A stretch of DNA of 64,000 nucleotides from Cenococcum geophilum (lineage: Eukaryota): positions 28,644,001 to 28,708,000 of the forward strand of contig CP158635.1 in NCBI GenBank assembly GCA_050273025.1, read 5' to 3'. Numbering within the stretch: position 1 is the first letter of the stretch; each line of letters starts with the position of its first letter. The notes beneath the pieces were generated by a model. The model had not been told where the DNA came from, ran no database searches, and saw nothing but the letters and a program-made list of their open reading frames with translations. The translations under genes were made by a program, and so were the position numbers. Positions 1-11,500 of this stretch are shown in pieces.

Positions 1-2333
1 ATCCTTAATATCAACAAGGTTTAATTACTAAATAAACGTCTTATGCTTTTAACAAGGCAGAGCCTTTGTTAGGCCGTCTACTATTATATCCGCAGTAGGC
101 ACCTATTTAATATTAATGCTTTCTTTATAAACTTCCTAGCGGAGCTAGTGGTGATAAATATTAATATATTAAAGCTTAGTGTTAAGCTCCGCGTTACTTT
201 TAGTTAGTAGTTAAATAGTCTATAGGTTATTATAATATATCGTTTGCTTCTTATTAGGGTTAAATCCGATTTCTTTAAAGAATTGCTGCCACCAAATCGA
301 CTCAGTGGCTGTATGCGATAGGGCTAAGAGCTCTACTTCTGTGCTTAATTTTGTTACTAACTTCTGCTTTATAGATTGCTAGTTAATTGGCCCTCTAAAT
401 AAGGTGAATAGATAACCTTCTGTGCTCTTTCTGCTCACTAGGTTATCGCTAAATAATATATTACTGGCCCTTATAAAGATTTAATTTATTATATTCTTCT
501 TTAAGTACTTAATTACAAAAGTCCTAGTTTAATAAAGGTAGGCAATTACCCTTATAGTAGCTGCGTCATGAATTAGTGATGGGTTTTAAGAGAATTCTAA
601 TAGCTTGCTTATTAATCTCGCCGCGTTTAGATAGGTAATATAGGCTATATAGAGCGTAGATCCGACCTTCCTTTAATAGGTATAGATGTCCTACTTTAAG
701 GCTTATTCTAGATTAAGCTTAAGTTCCTTATTGCCTATTAGTGTATAGACTTTACGATAGTCCTTTATATTAAAGCTTATCGCGATCTTATTAATATAAG
801 CGTCCTAGCTAAGCCAAAGCTTCCTATTCTCTCTATTGCGGATTATTTAAATTTCTAGAAACCAGGTGAGTTTACCTAGGTCCTTTATCTCGTACCTTTT
901 TATAAGGTGCTCCTTAAAGGTCTTAAGCTTAAGGATGTCTCTCTTTTAGTAGGCGGCTGTAATATTATTAATATAGAAGAAGACTATTAGCCAATTGTTG
1001 TGATATAGGCAAGGCTCCTCCGCCACTAGCTTTAAGCCTTCCTTTTTAAGTATTATTATTAAGTTACTGTACCATAGTAGAGGTGATTGTTGTAATCTAT
1101 AGAGCGCTCTATAAAGCAGTAGGCACTTGCCCTTAATCGCAAATCTATCTAGGCTCTTAATATAAACGACCTCGTTAATTAGGCTGTTTGCGAATGCGTT
1201 AACGGCGTTACCCTGCTAGCAGTCTAGGTTAAATATTGCGATAATAGCCATTAGCGCTCTAAACGATCTTACTATTAGTATTGCGGCATAGGTGTTCTTA
1301 TGTACTAACTCTTGTAGATTACCTCGTACGCAAAGGCGGGCTTTAAATTTCGTTAGATAGCTATTGGTATTAGTTTTATAGGTAAACGTCTAGATAACAG
1401 GCACGGGTTTAATATTAATTGTCTCCTTAACAACCTTAAACGTTTCTTTATTTTAAAGGTTAGTAAACTCCTTCTAAGTAGTAGCCATAAATTCTTCCTT
1501 ATATTAATGTCTTTAAAGCTCCTTCTAGTTCTTAGGCGGCGGTAGGAGCTAGTTGCGATATAGCTTTTAGTAAAAGGTAAGCCCTATATTAAAGGCTGCT
1601 CTTTAAGCCGGAAGGCTCTTGTCCTTAGTAACATCAGTTAGGAAACCTACGTAGGCCTTTAGACGTTCTTTAAGTCTCTTCCCTTTAACAACGTTTTACT
1701 CTCCTATATTGCCGATAATATTCTTCTTTAGCTTAGCTTCGTTAGTTAGAACTATAATATAGTATAGCTTCTTCTTTACTAAGGTATTTAAGGACGGTAG
1801 AGGCTCCAGTAAGTTAGGTTCTAGTATTTTATCTAGGGTAAAAAGCCCTAGAGTTAAGTCATCTTTAGAGCTTAAATCTGGTTGCTTACTACTTTTAATA
1901 TTAGGCTCTTCCTAATTTCCACTAGAATTCACCTATTATCTTCCTTTAGTATTAACTTAAATCTCGTTTAGAGTTTTATCGCTTTTATTACTTTTATTAA
2001 ATAACAATTCTAATTCGTCTTGGAGGTTCTGTATTTAACGGACATTAATTATTTCTAATATTTAGTCAGTCCTTACTTAGAGTATATTTGCCAAATCTAG
2101 CTGTAAGTTATTATAGAGTAATTACTTATTAAATCGTATATCTCTTATTCTAATAACCTTCTTCTAACTAGGAATATAGATTTAAAAGATATTCGTTAAA
2201 TTATACCCTACTAGATATCCTATATAGGCCCTTAGCACGAGCTTATTTAGGCGTGGAATATTATACTTAAGAGGATAGGCCCTATAGCTATAGACTTGTA
2301 GGTAACCTATATTTAGTTTTAGTGGTAATATAC

Positions 2334-2779
2334 TGTAACGTGGCCCGCCTCCACGTTGCCATACGGCTAAAAAGACTAAGAGTGCTTGCGAACTTGTTGT
2401 AAGCGCGGCGGGACCTAATATATATACTCTTACAATTGCCCTCTCCTCTGCGCGCTCGTCCCCAAGCGCTCGCAGGGATTCCTCTATACGCCCATTTAGG
2501 CCTCCACAGGGATTAAACGCCAAGAGTATTACTATATTAGTTAGTCCCTAGTAATATAAGCGATTAGAATCTCCACCAACGCCTTATCGCACGGATGCGC
2601 GTTAGACTATACTAGAGCGAAGTGACCGATGGGGATTAAACCCACAACACCTGGCCCCAGTAAGTTCGCAAGTATAATTATAACGTGGCCCGCCTCCACG
2701 TTGCTATACGGCTAAAAAGACTGAGAGTGCTTATAAACTTATCGTAAGCGCGGCGGGACCTAATATATATACTCTTACA
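2334..2779 (-). mobile_element. TRIM (miniature non-autonomous LTR retrotransposon) inserted in the copia element
   Basis: Two 101-bp direct repeats (2334-2434, 2679-2779) with TGT...ACA ends (one RIPed), TATAC target-site duplication (2329-2333, 2780-2784), minus-strand polypurine tract CAGAGGAGAGGGCAAT, and a 244-bp non-coding interior. Confidence 0.93.
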
Positions 2780-5124
2780 TATACCCATTACTAACTAAAT
2801 ATTCTTAAACAGTGTCTTCTACTTAAGCCCTTTACTAGGCGTCTAATTAAGTAGATAGGTAGCTGCCTTAAAAACTTTAGGCTACAGTTCTTCTAGTAGA
2901 TAGGCTGCAACCCTTACGCATTAACCCTTCTATATTATCACCCCCCTAAAACGTTTAGCTGGACCGTTCTAAGACTAGGTATTAGGTACTAATCTTTTAA
3001 GAGTAATTCCTTATTTAGCTACCTATTCCTTAAATTCGCCTATAAGAGACGTCTTTTTATCTATATAGATTATAGCTACCTTAAAGCCGTATTGTCTTTT
3101 AATGACATTGCAATATTTAATAACTATTTTAGTTAGGGATAACTTCTTAGCCATCGTTTCTACCTCATTCATCTATATTATATCGTTAAGGAAGTATACC
3201 GTGTACTTATGGCCATTATATATAATAATTCCGGATATTAAATCTAGGTATATCCTGTAGAAAAGAACCGCCAACTAGGTTAGTTTCCTTCTTAATACTA
3301 CCTTATAAGCTTTACTTACTCCGTATAACTCGCATTCTACTATTAAGGGGCTTTTTAGAACCGCCCCCATTACTAACTAAGGTAGTTACTCTATCGCTTC
3401 TTTTCCTGCATGGCCTAATCACTAATGCCATATATAGCCTTCCGCCTAATTTAGTAGAGGCTTTAATAAATGCTTTACTAGCTTTAATTAAGTCATAAAT
3501 AAAGCCTCTTATAAGTCCTTTAGCTTATTATATTTAACCATTTTCTAACTATAGTAGTAGCTACAGCGGAAGTACGTCTCGTTGTCACCAGAGAAGATAG
3601 TATTCTCTTTATTATTCTAATAGACTCCTTTATTATTAAGCTTTTAGAGGCATACTAGGTTAGTATAAAAGCTTAGTATATAGGCTGCTCGTAAGAGCTG
3701 CATCTGTGTCTTGCCTATTAGGTGGTTAATTATAACTATAGCTGTGCCATAGCCTACGATCTCTTCTATATTTAATCCTATATAGAGCCAATCTAACGTA
3801 GGCTTGATGTCGCTAATAAATCTGGCTTAATCGTTAACGACGTATATAGTGGTTCCTAAGTTAAGGATAAAGCTATTATAAAGCTTATAATTGGAGGTTA
3901 TATTATAGGCTCCTGCTTAATAAATAGCAAAGGCTCCTCTACTAGGCTCTTAAGAGCTCTACTTATTACTATCCTTTGGCTTCTTATTAGCTTGATCGTC
4001 CTTTTTAATTTACTTAATATAAGCCTTAATTTCGGGCGTCGTATTGGCAATCTTCTTATCCACCTTCTTCTGAATTTTATTACTTGGTTTAAACCACAAT
4101 AGGCGAGAAATCGACTCTACGATGTACTAGCACTTGTTAAAGTAGTAACGTTTTCCGTATAGGCACTCTAGCAGCAGTTGCCTTTCCTTCTTCTACTTAT
4201 CTACTAATAATTAAGGCTTTAATTCAGGCTTTAAATTCGGTAACTCGTCTTTAAAGGTAACTCTAAAGGATCCTTGTAGGGTTTTGCCCTTCTAGGCGAG
4301 GTCCATATAACGGTAGTTTCGGTATATTTCAACCAGTTTAAAGAAGGTAGGAAGCGTCTTCTTCTCCCACTCACGCTTATCAAGCTCGTTTTTCTAATAT
4401 TCTAACCAGCTTAGTATAATTAATTTAACTGCGTATGCGAAATCTTTTACTAAACGATTACTATCTACCTTAGGTAGAGCTTGCTCCTTACACTTAGTAT
4501 ATACCTTCTCCTACTCTTATAACTAAACCTTAAAGTTCTGGTTCCGAGGCGCCTTCTTAAGCCTTGCATATTAAGTGGCTATTTAAAGCTTTTAGGCGTG
4601 GTTAGTCGGAGCAATTCTCTTCTTAAGAGATACCAAGACGTCATAGGTAGTGGTGCATTTAAACGTGTAGATAAGGTAAGTACGTGAGATAAAGCTTAGA
4701 ATGTGGCTGCGCAACGTATTAAGAGCTAACAGCTGTTTTCTATATAGCTTTATATTATCCCTATAGTCGGCTTTAAGCGTACAGAGCTTCTCCTTCTCCT
4801 CCTCATCTAGGTCCGCGAGCTTCGTCTTTCCCCAGCTATTAGCATCCTTGGGTAAGGCACAAACAGGTTCTTTAAGCTATAGCAGATCGGTCTTAGGTGT
4901 TAATAGGTCAATATACTTCCAAAGACGATTATTATTCGCTTTTAACTTAATAACCTTAATCCATTCGTCCCAATTGTTTAGGCTTATAAGGATAACGGAT
5001 AATACAATAACGGGAGGGGTTTCTTATTAAGAAGTCATTGTGGGTAGTTATCTATAATTAAGATAATAATTAAAATCAATGGGAATAAAGGCTTTAGAAT
5101 TAAAGATAATACAGTAAACAGCCC

Positions 5125-5357
5125 GGGCTCATAACTATTAAACTAGTAATTCAGAATAAGAACTCTAGTTTATTAAAGAGGGCTCTAGAAGCTCTCTTAT
5201 ATACATCAGGTAGGTCCCAAATACAATAACAACGACGTCGTTATGTAGTAGGTCATAGTTAAGAGAAACAGGTAATTAGACGTTCGATAAGACATACGAG
5301 CTCAAGATACGAGACAACTAAGACATAGTTCGTATAGACGATCTAGGTCGTCAGACA
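5125..5357 (-). repeat. 5' LTR (about 5136-5357) and PBS (GTTATGAGCCC) of the copia element
   Basis: GTTATGAGCCC abuts the LTR end on the minus strand and resembles the copia PBS for priming by an internal part of initiator tRNA-Met. The partner LTR is not in the window. Confidence 0.7.
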
Positions 5358-5384
5358 GTATTACAATGGTAGTAAGGAACTTTG

Positions 5385-5723
5385 ATTCAGGTCGACAGTA
5401 ATATAGCAAAAAGAAAGAAGACTGCGGAGGCTTATATGGCAGCTGCTTAAGCAGTAGAGGAGGCGAAGCTTAAGATAGAAGCCTTAGCAATACTGTAGGA
5501 GCAATGGGAGGAATCCTTCGCAGCAGCTATAGATACTATAGCTCGCTCTAAGGTTTTAAAGGACGCTATAAAAAAGGCAAAGGAGGCCTCTTAGCAGTCT
5601 ATACAGGTAGATAAGGAAGTGGACGATAAGGAAGTGGACGATGAGGAAATAGACGATAAGGAAATGGATGACGAGGAAGTAGACGATGAGGATAAGGTGT
5701 CGGATAAAGATGGAGTATATTAA
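5385..5723 (+). pseudogene. RIP-mutated C-terminal fragment with acidic tail, probably from a DNA transposon into which the copia element inserted
   Basis: Frame reads IQVDSNIAKRKK...AAA*AVEEAKL...DKEVDDKEVDDEEIDD...* with CAA/CAG->TAA/TAG-type stops and 15-bp repeats. A duplicated CCGTCATAACCCTATC lies near 5936-5968. No catalytic motif is visible. Confidence 0.4.
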
Positions 5724-6598
5724 TATAGGCGACGTTATAGTATTAATTGGGTAGCAGTTAGTACTAAAAATACTAAAAAATATTAATATAGAGCCTCTAT
5801 TATATAAAAATAAGACTTCATAAAACTTCAGTAACAGTGTGATATTGAGCGATGCTTTTTACTAGTATTTTACCTGTAATTGGGCATTTGGCAGTATTTT
5901 GGCGTGAGCCTGATTAGGAAGGCGGTAGTAGCCGACCGTCATAACCCTATCGCCGTCATAACCCTATCATCTACGTTATATAAAGTTAAATAAATTTTTA
6001 GAAGTTTTTATTCAGTGGTTGTTAAGATATTATATTATGATTTTTGTGATTTTTGGTGGAAAGTGGGGCGTCCGGAGAGGAGCAGAGGAGTCCCGGCTGT
6101 TGATTTTGTTTGTACTCAAGTAAACGTCGACGGTGAGATGTAGTATTATTGCTTTTTTGACCATGCAAGTGGCACAACCAGGGGTCTCCATGATATTTAT
6201 ATCCATTGCTTCTTAACGATATATTCATTCATAAGCAATGATAACGATTGGATTTTTTGAGATCCTTATGAATGAATATCCATAAGCTTATGAATATATA
6301 AGAAAGTTGAAGCCTTGTGGTGTAGTAAAAGGATGCTAAGGTATATACGCAGTATCAATCGTACGTTGGAGGAGAGAACGGCTGGTGAGGAATAAGGGGG
6401 GGGTGAGGGCCTCTAGGAAGCTGTTGACCTTGACAAATAACTACAACACCATGCTAAGACTAGTGATGCAGCTTATATAAGCCATATCGCGAATATTCAT
6501 TCATATCCCGATATTTTGGCTCCCTTTAATGATAATGATTGGTATTTGGTCAAAATATCAATCTATTCATTACTGAGACCGCTCGGCATGACATGCTA

Positions 6599-7440
6599 CT
6601 AGAACTTTTTCTGGTACTTCAACTTCTTGAGATCTTCAAGATCGTCGACCCGAACGCGTGAACTGCGAACTTCGGGATTGGCCAGAATTAACTCGTACAC
6701 TTTCCCAAAGTCCGATGCCTTCGTTGTCCCATGCTGGGCAGCGACTTCATCCACCTCGACTCGGTACCCGAGGTAGATTTCGTTGAAGCGGACGTTCGTA
6801 GACTCGTTCTCACGGGCGGCGGCCGTGGCCATGGGGAACAAGGCACCTTGCGTCATGGCTGGCACCGGGTGAGTTGCTAAGTCGCCCTGCGACCCGGTAC
6901 AAATAGTCCATGTGCTCGCAGGATTGTTCTGCTCGAGCAGATAGCCGATGCTATCCCGATAGGCGACTGCGGGTCTTTTGTTAGAAGGTGTCGGGTCCGC
7001 TTAAGGATTGGAAGGGCCTACAGAAGTTGGCTTCGAAGGAGATGTTAAAGTTGGAGCGTAGCTGGCTGGTGGTGATCTCCTGGAGGGGAGTTGTAGTGTA
7101 CTCGCCGCCAACTTGATTGAAATGTCAGTAGCGAACGTTGACTCGTGAGTATAATGGGTAACCAACTGCTGGAATACACATGCTGGAAAGATGGGAGCTT
7201 GCCCGCTCGGACTTGATCAACAACACCTTTTACCCCCGAGTCCGAGAGAACGTTGGCTTCAGCGAAAGTGATCCCCTCGGATGACCCAATGTACTTGACG
7301 AGTTTGTCGGCTGAATTTTGGTTGCGGACGATGGCCAAGACGTTGCGCTTGGAGCGCAACGCAGCCGTGACGGCTGATACGCCGATATTTCCAGTTGCTC
7401 CGACGACTAGAACCGTCTCCGTGGCGGCCTTGAGCGACAT
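6599..7440 (-). CDS. NAD(P)-binding Rossmann-fold / short-chain dehydrogenase-like protein, 3 exons (7440-7167, 7111-7022, 6966-6599), about 243 aa
   Basis: VLVVGATGNIG nucleotide-binding motif. Two 55-bp GT-AG introns with CTGAC/CTAAC branch sites join ORFs 7045..7440 and 6599..6865 into one stop-free frame. GC-balanced and not RIPed. Confidence 0.88.
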
Positions 7441-7762
7441 TGAGGAATTGAAAAGATGTCAAAGACGATGCTTTCCCTGGGGATCCCGTGCCGCCTATTA
7501 ATGCTCAATTCGATTCTTTATTACTTCTTTGTCTTGGCATGTCCATCGAGGAAATTCTGCGATGACAAATCGACCGACTGTGATCTTGCGAGTCCTCGGC
7601 TTTGCAAAGAGGCGAGCTTGAAGCGATGACGAATCGACCGACGGTGATCTCGCGAGGGTCGTCCCGAACGCTAATTAGAACGGTTCTGTTCTGGCGAATC
7701 GGCTCTTAGCCTACCCCTGCTAGCGTTTTGCCAAAGAATATACGAGCAGAAAGTATATAGTA

Positions 7763-8000
7763 CTATGGTATCCGGCAAAAGTAGTTATATATTAATACCC
7801 AATACGGGGCTTGTTTAAATAAATACCTAAGTAGATACTATAGATATAATATAAATTCTAGAACGTAAGCAAAGTATACTACTTAATATGCCAATCGCTT
7901 ATATTTCTTCTCTATACTACCTATTTTAAATATTTTGTTATATAGCTAAAGCACCCCTATTACGCACTAATATATATACTACTTTCGCTGGATACTATAG
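7763..8000. mobile_element. MITE with about 50-bp terminal inverted repeats and TA target duplication (Tc1/mariner-type)
   Basis: CTATGGTATCCGGCAAAAGTAG... at the left matches the reverse complement of ...CTACTTTCGCTGGATACTATAG at the right, differing mainly by transitions. TA flanks at 7761-7762 and 8001-8002. Confidence 0.75.
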
Positions 8001-8083
8001 TAAGTCCTAATGCAATAGTTTGTTATCGCTTTAAGCTCGCCTTTTTGTAAAGCTAAGGACTTACTAGTAGCGTTTTGCTAAAG

Positions 8084-8507
8084 TGTTACGGACGCTTTAA
8101 GTACGATGTTATAACTACTTAGAGAAGAGTCGGAAGAAGCTAGTTAGTTAATTTAGGCACGGTTTAGGATGGAGCTAATAGAACTATGTGACGAGAAATA
8201 GTAGCCGAGGTTATATAATGTAATCTATATAATTTATGTAATCTATAAGATTTATAATAAAGTAGATAGAGCACACGTTTATTATATACAAGAAGGATTT
8301 TATAGGAGTATAGTTGTGTATTTAAGGACCCTTAGTCCCTACCTAAATAATTCCTTTCTTGTAGTAATTTTTAGAATACAATTAGAGTTAATCTATTAGG
8401 CAACCACTCCACTAGTTATTATTACGTTATTAACTTTAATTTGCATCACCTATATACCTAGCCCATTAATGAGCCTATTGTAGTACTTACTATAAGGTTC
8501 CGTTATA
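8084..8507 (+). repeat. 5' LTR of gypsy A
   Basis: Colinear with 26659-27082; differences are almost all transitions. GTAGTAATT (8361-8369) is complementary to AATTACTAC (8509-8517) just inside the LTR, consistent with Tf1-type self-priming. Confidence 0.95.
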
Positions 8508-11500
8508 TAATTACTACCTAGTTACGGTATTAAATATAGAAAGTCAAATAATATGCCACTAAAAGCAGCCACTATAACGCTATTAACGGCGGTAACTACT
8601 TTAAGGTTAGGTAACGACACTAGTATAGTAGACACTAACTTATAGTAACCTATAACGGTTGGACAATTATAAGAGATAGTTAACTAGCTAATAGAAAATA
8701 ATATAATATTAAAAAATAGGATTAACGGGATAAGAGCAGCAAAGATTAAGCTACTATTAATTAAGAGGTACTTAGGAGAAAGATTAAAACTTAAAGGATT
8801 CCTTATGTAAATGCACTTTAAGGTTACGTAAGAAGGAGCTAAGCTGCTAACACCTATGGATCGAATAGCGTATGCGGGACTATTCCTATTAGGAAGAGCA
8901 CTTAAGTGGTTTAAGCCTTACCTTATAGAGATATAAGCAAATGGAATAATAACCACCAATTAAGATATACGGTTTATATTTATAAGCTAGGAAGGGTTTA
9001 TAAAGCGACTTATATAAATATTTAGAGACCCAGAGGCAGTAACCACAGCGAAAAGAAAGCTTTAAGATATTACGTAATAAACCTTAGTAATTAAGTATAT
9101 AATATAGTTCTAGACGTTAGCAATATAAGTAAAGTGGAATAATAGGGCGCTTATAGCACAGTATAAGTAAGGACTTAAGGCTAAAGTTTAGGACGTAATT
9201 ATTCTAATAGAAGATACGGATACCCTACGGGAGTTAATAGATTAAGCGATTAAGATTAATAATTAGATCTACTAAAGGGAATAGGCTAAGAGAGGTTAGG
9301 ATAGAGTTTTATAGTTATATAAGGCGCAGAGTACGCAATAACTAAAGCTAAGTTAGAAACTATAGTATGGCGCAGAGCTAATAGACCTAAGCGGTACTAA
9401 AGAAGCCTATAAGAGATAGAGTAAATAACTATAGAAACCTAGAGGATAAGGATTAAGTAATTAAAGGTCTAAGGAGCAAAGGCCGAATTAGGGATCTTAA
9501 CAGCAGAAGACGTTTAGGCGGACTTTATAGCAAGAAAGATGGTTTAAAGAAGGAGCTTATATAAATTGCGGAAAATAGGGTTATTATATTAAAGACTATA
9601 GAAGTAGGTAGAGTTACTATATAGTAAAAGGGATAAGACTAGTAGATAATATATACGTATAAAGGGATAATAATATGCTATAAGGAACAAAGGAATGTTT
9701 AATTAAAAGTTTTATATTTTGTTATAATAACGTATACCAAATTTATAAGGACGCTAAGTATGGCGTAAGCTATTAGCTATAGGAGCCAAGTTTATTAAAA
9801 TATTAAGGAACTAATGAACTAGTTCGTAGATCGGATATTAAGGACAATAAATTTAATATAGGCGAAATATTCTATAATAATAAGGTAATATAAGCGGTTT
9901 ACTGGGAATACGTAGCTATTAGAGATGTTATACTAGAGGTAAAAGATAATTCTACTATAGAATAGGGAACATTAGTAGGGATTAAGACCCCACTAGATAC
10001 GATGTCTATCGCTTCGCGAGATATAAGAGAAGTAGGATAGCGAACTACTTTAGTACTTAATAAAGGTAAAAGGCTATAGGCTTAAGATTCTTAAGACAAG
10101 ATAAGAGACAACTAAGATTCTTAAGACGAGATAAGACAAGCTTAAGGACCTATAACGGACAATAACCGATAAAGCAGAGCAGTGGCTTAGTTTAGTAATA
10201 TATAAATAAGCTTAGAACGAAGTTTCCTAAAGGTATAAGACTTTTAAGATAAGATAAGTAAGATTTAAGACTCTTAAGACGAGATAAAAACACTATAGAC
10301 GCCTAGTTAGACTAAGGTAGGAGCTAAGCTTAGAACAGAAGCAAGCTTAGGATTAAAAAATCTAAGGGGTTAAGAATTTGGGGTACGAATAAGGACACCC
10401 ATAAGTAAAAGGTAAGAGGCTTCTTTATAGATTAGAGAATCTGTAATATAAATAGTAATTAGACTAGGAGATAGGTATATAGACCTAGAAGATTTACTAG
10501 GAGAATAGAGCGTTCAGTCTAAAGATTGAAATGTTAATACTAAGATTAAGAAGTAAGAAAACTTTAAGGATCTAGTTATAAAACGCAAACTAAAAGAAAC
10601 TATAAAAGAATTTAGGCGAAAAATTATCGCATAGCAAGAATAGAAACTAGATAAGAGATTTAGTATATTAGGACGTATAAGAGATAGAGTACTAGTACAA
10701 AGAATTACTAATAGGCCTAGGGCAGGCACACTAAGAGCTAAATAGCTTACTAAACTGGAAAATAAAGAGGATCTAGGAATCCCTATTAGATTTAAAGAAT
10801 AATATATAAAGGGCTATTATAATGTAGTAATAAGAAGATACTTCCTTACGGACAAGCCGTATATACTCTAACAGCTATACTAAAAGTGGTATAGACAGCG
10901 ATACAATAATAAGTGGGAAGATTCCTATATATAGTTAGACGAATAAGTTATCTAAAACTACCTAATTATAGAGAAGGCTATAACTTATATTAAAGGAGCC
11001 TTAATTATAACGTTAAAGGATCTAAAGGAATGATTAGAGGACTAGAGAAGCGAAAGGCGTATCTTAGTACCTGCGAATAAAGTTATAACGTTTAGATTAG
11101 CATAGTAAAGGTTTAAACTTAAAGATAAAGATAAGTTAAGAGTTAACCCAAAGCACCTAGTATACTATACGCTATCGTAGATCGCATATATAGACGACAT
11201 GTGTAAAATGCATAAAAATTTAAAGAAAAAGAATTGGAAATACCCTATAAGAATATATTAGGCGCTAGATAAGCAATAGTATAGGAATGCTAAGTATATA
11301 CACGGCTAGCATCTAGCAAAAGTTTAGAAATTAGAAGATTTAATACTTTAACCAGGAAGATTTCTTATAGAAGAATGCTTAGATGGATAATAGTAGTGGG
11401 AATACCTAAAGAATACGTGTTTATGGTATATAGAAGATAAAAAGTAAACTAGGTATTGGCTAAAGAGTAAGCTAAGTGTACAAGAATTAAGCAGCTAATA

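Larger units (their letters stand above)
1..5357 (-). mobile_element. Ty1/copia LTR retrotransposon, RIP-degraded; 3' end lies outside the window
   Basis: Minus-strand gag start at about 5038 (NNWDEWIKVIK...), Zn-knuckle remnant about 4120-4170, integrase about 2800-3250, RT motifs KARLCVRG (1321-1344), NAVNAF (about 1190-1215) and VFFYINNI (RIPed YVDD, about 961-984), RNase H segment near 300-450. Integrase precedes RT, which is the copia order. Outer LTR boundary is uncertain (5357 or 5365). Confidence 0.93.

Noticed and set aside
2182..2523. 113-aa ORF
   Set aside because: Chance read-through from the TRIM into RIPed copia pol.
6010..6575. Short inverted repeats (ATATTCATTCATAAG / CTTATGAATGAATAT) and CAGT...ACTG ends suggesting a small element
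   Set aside because: I could not define matching termini or a TSD, so it is left unannotated.
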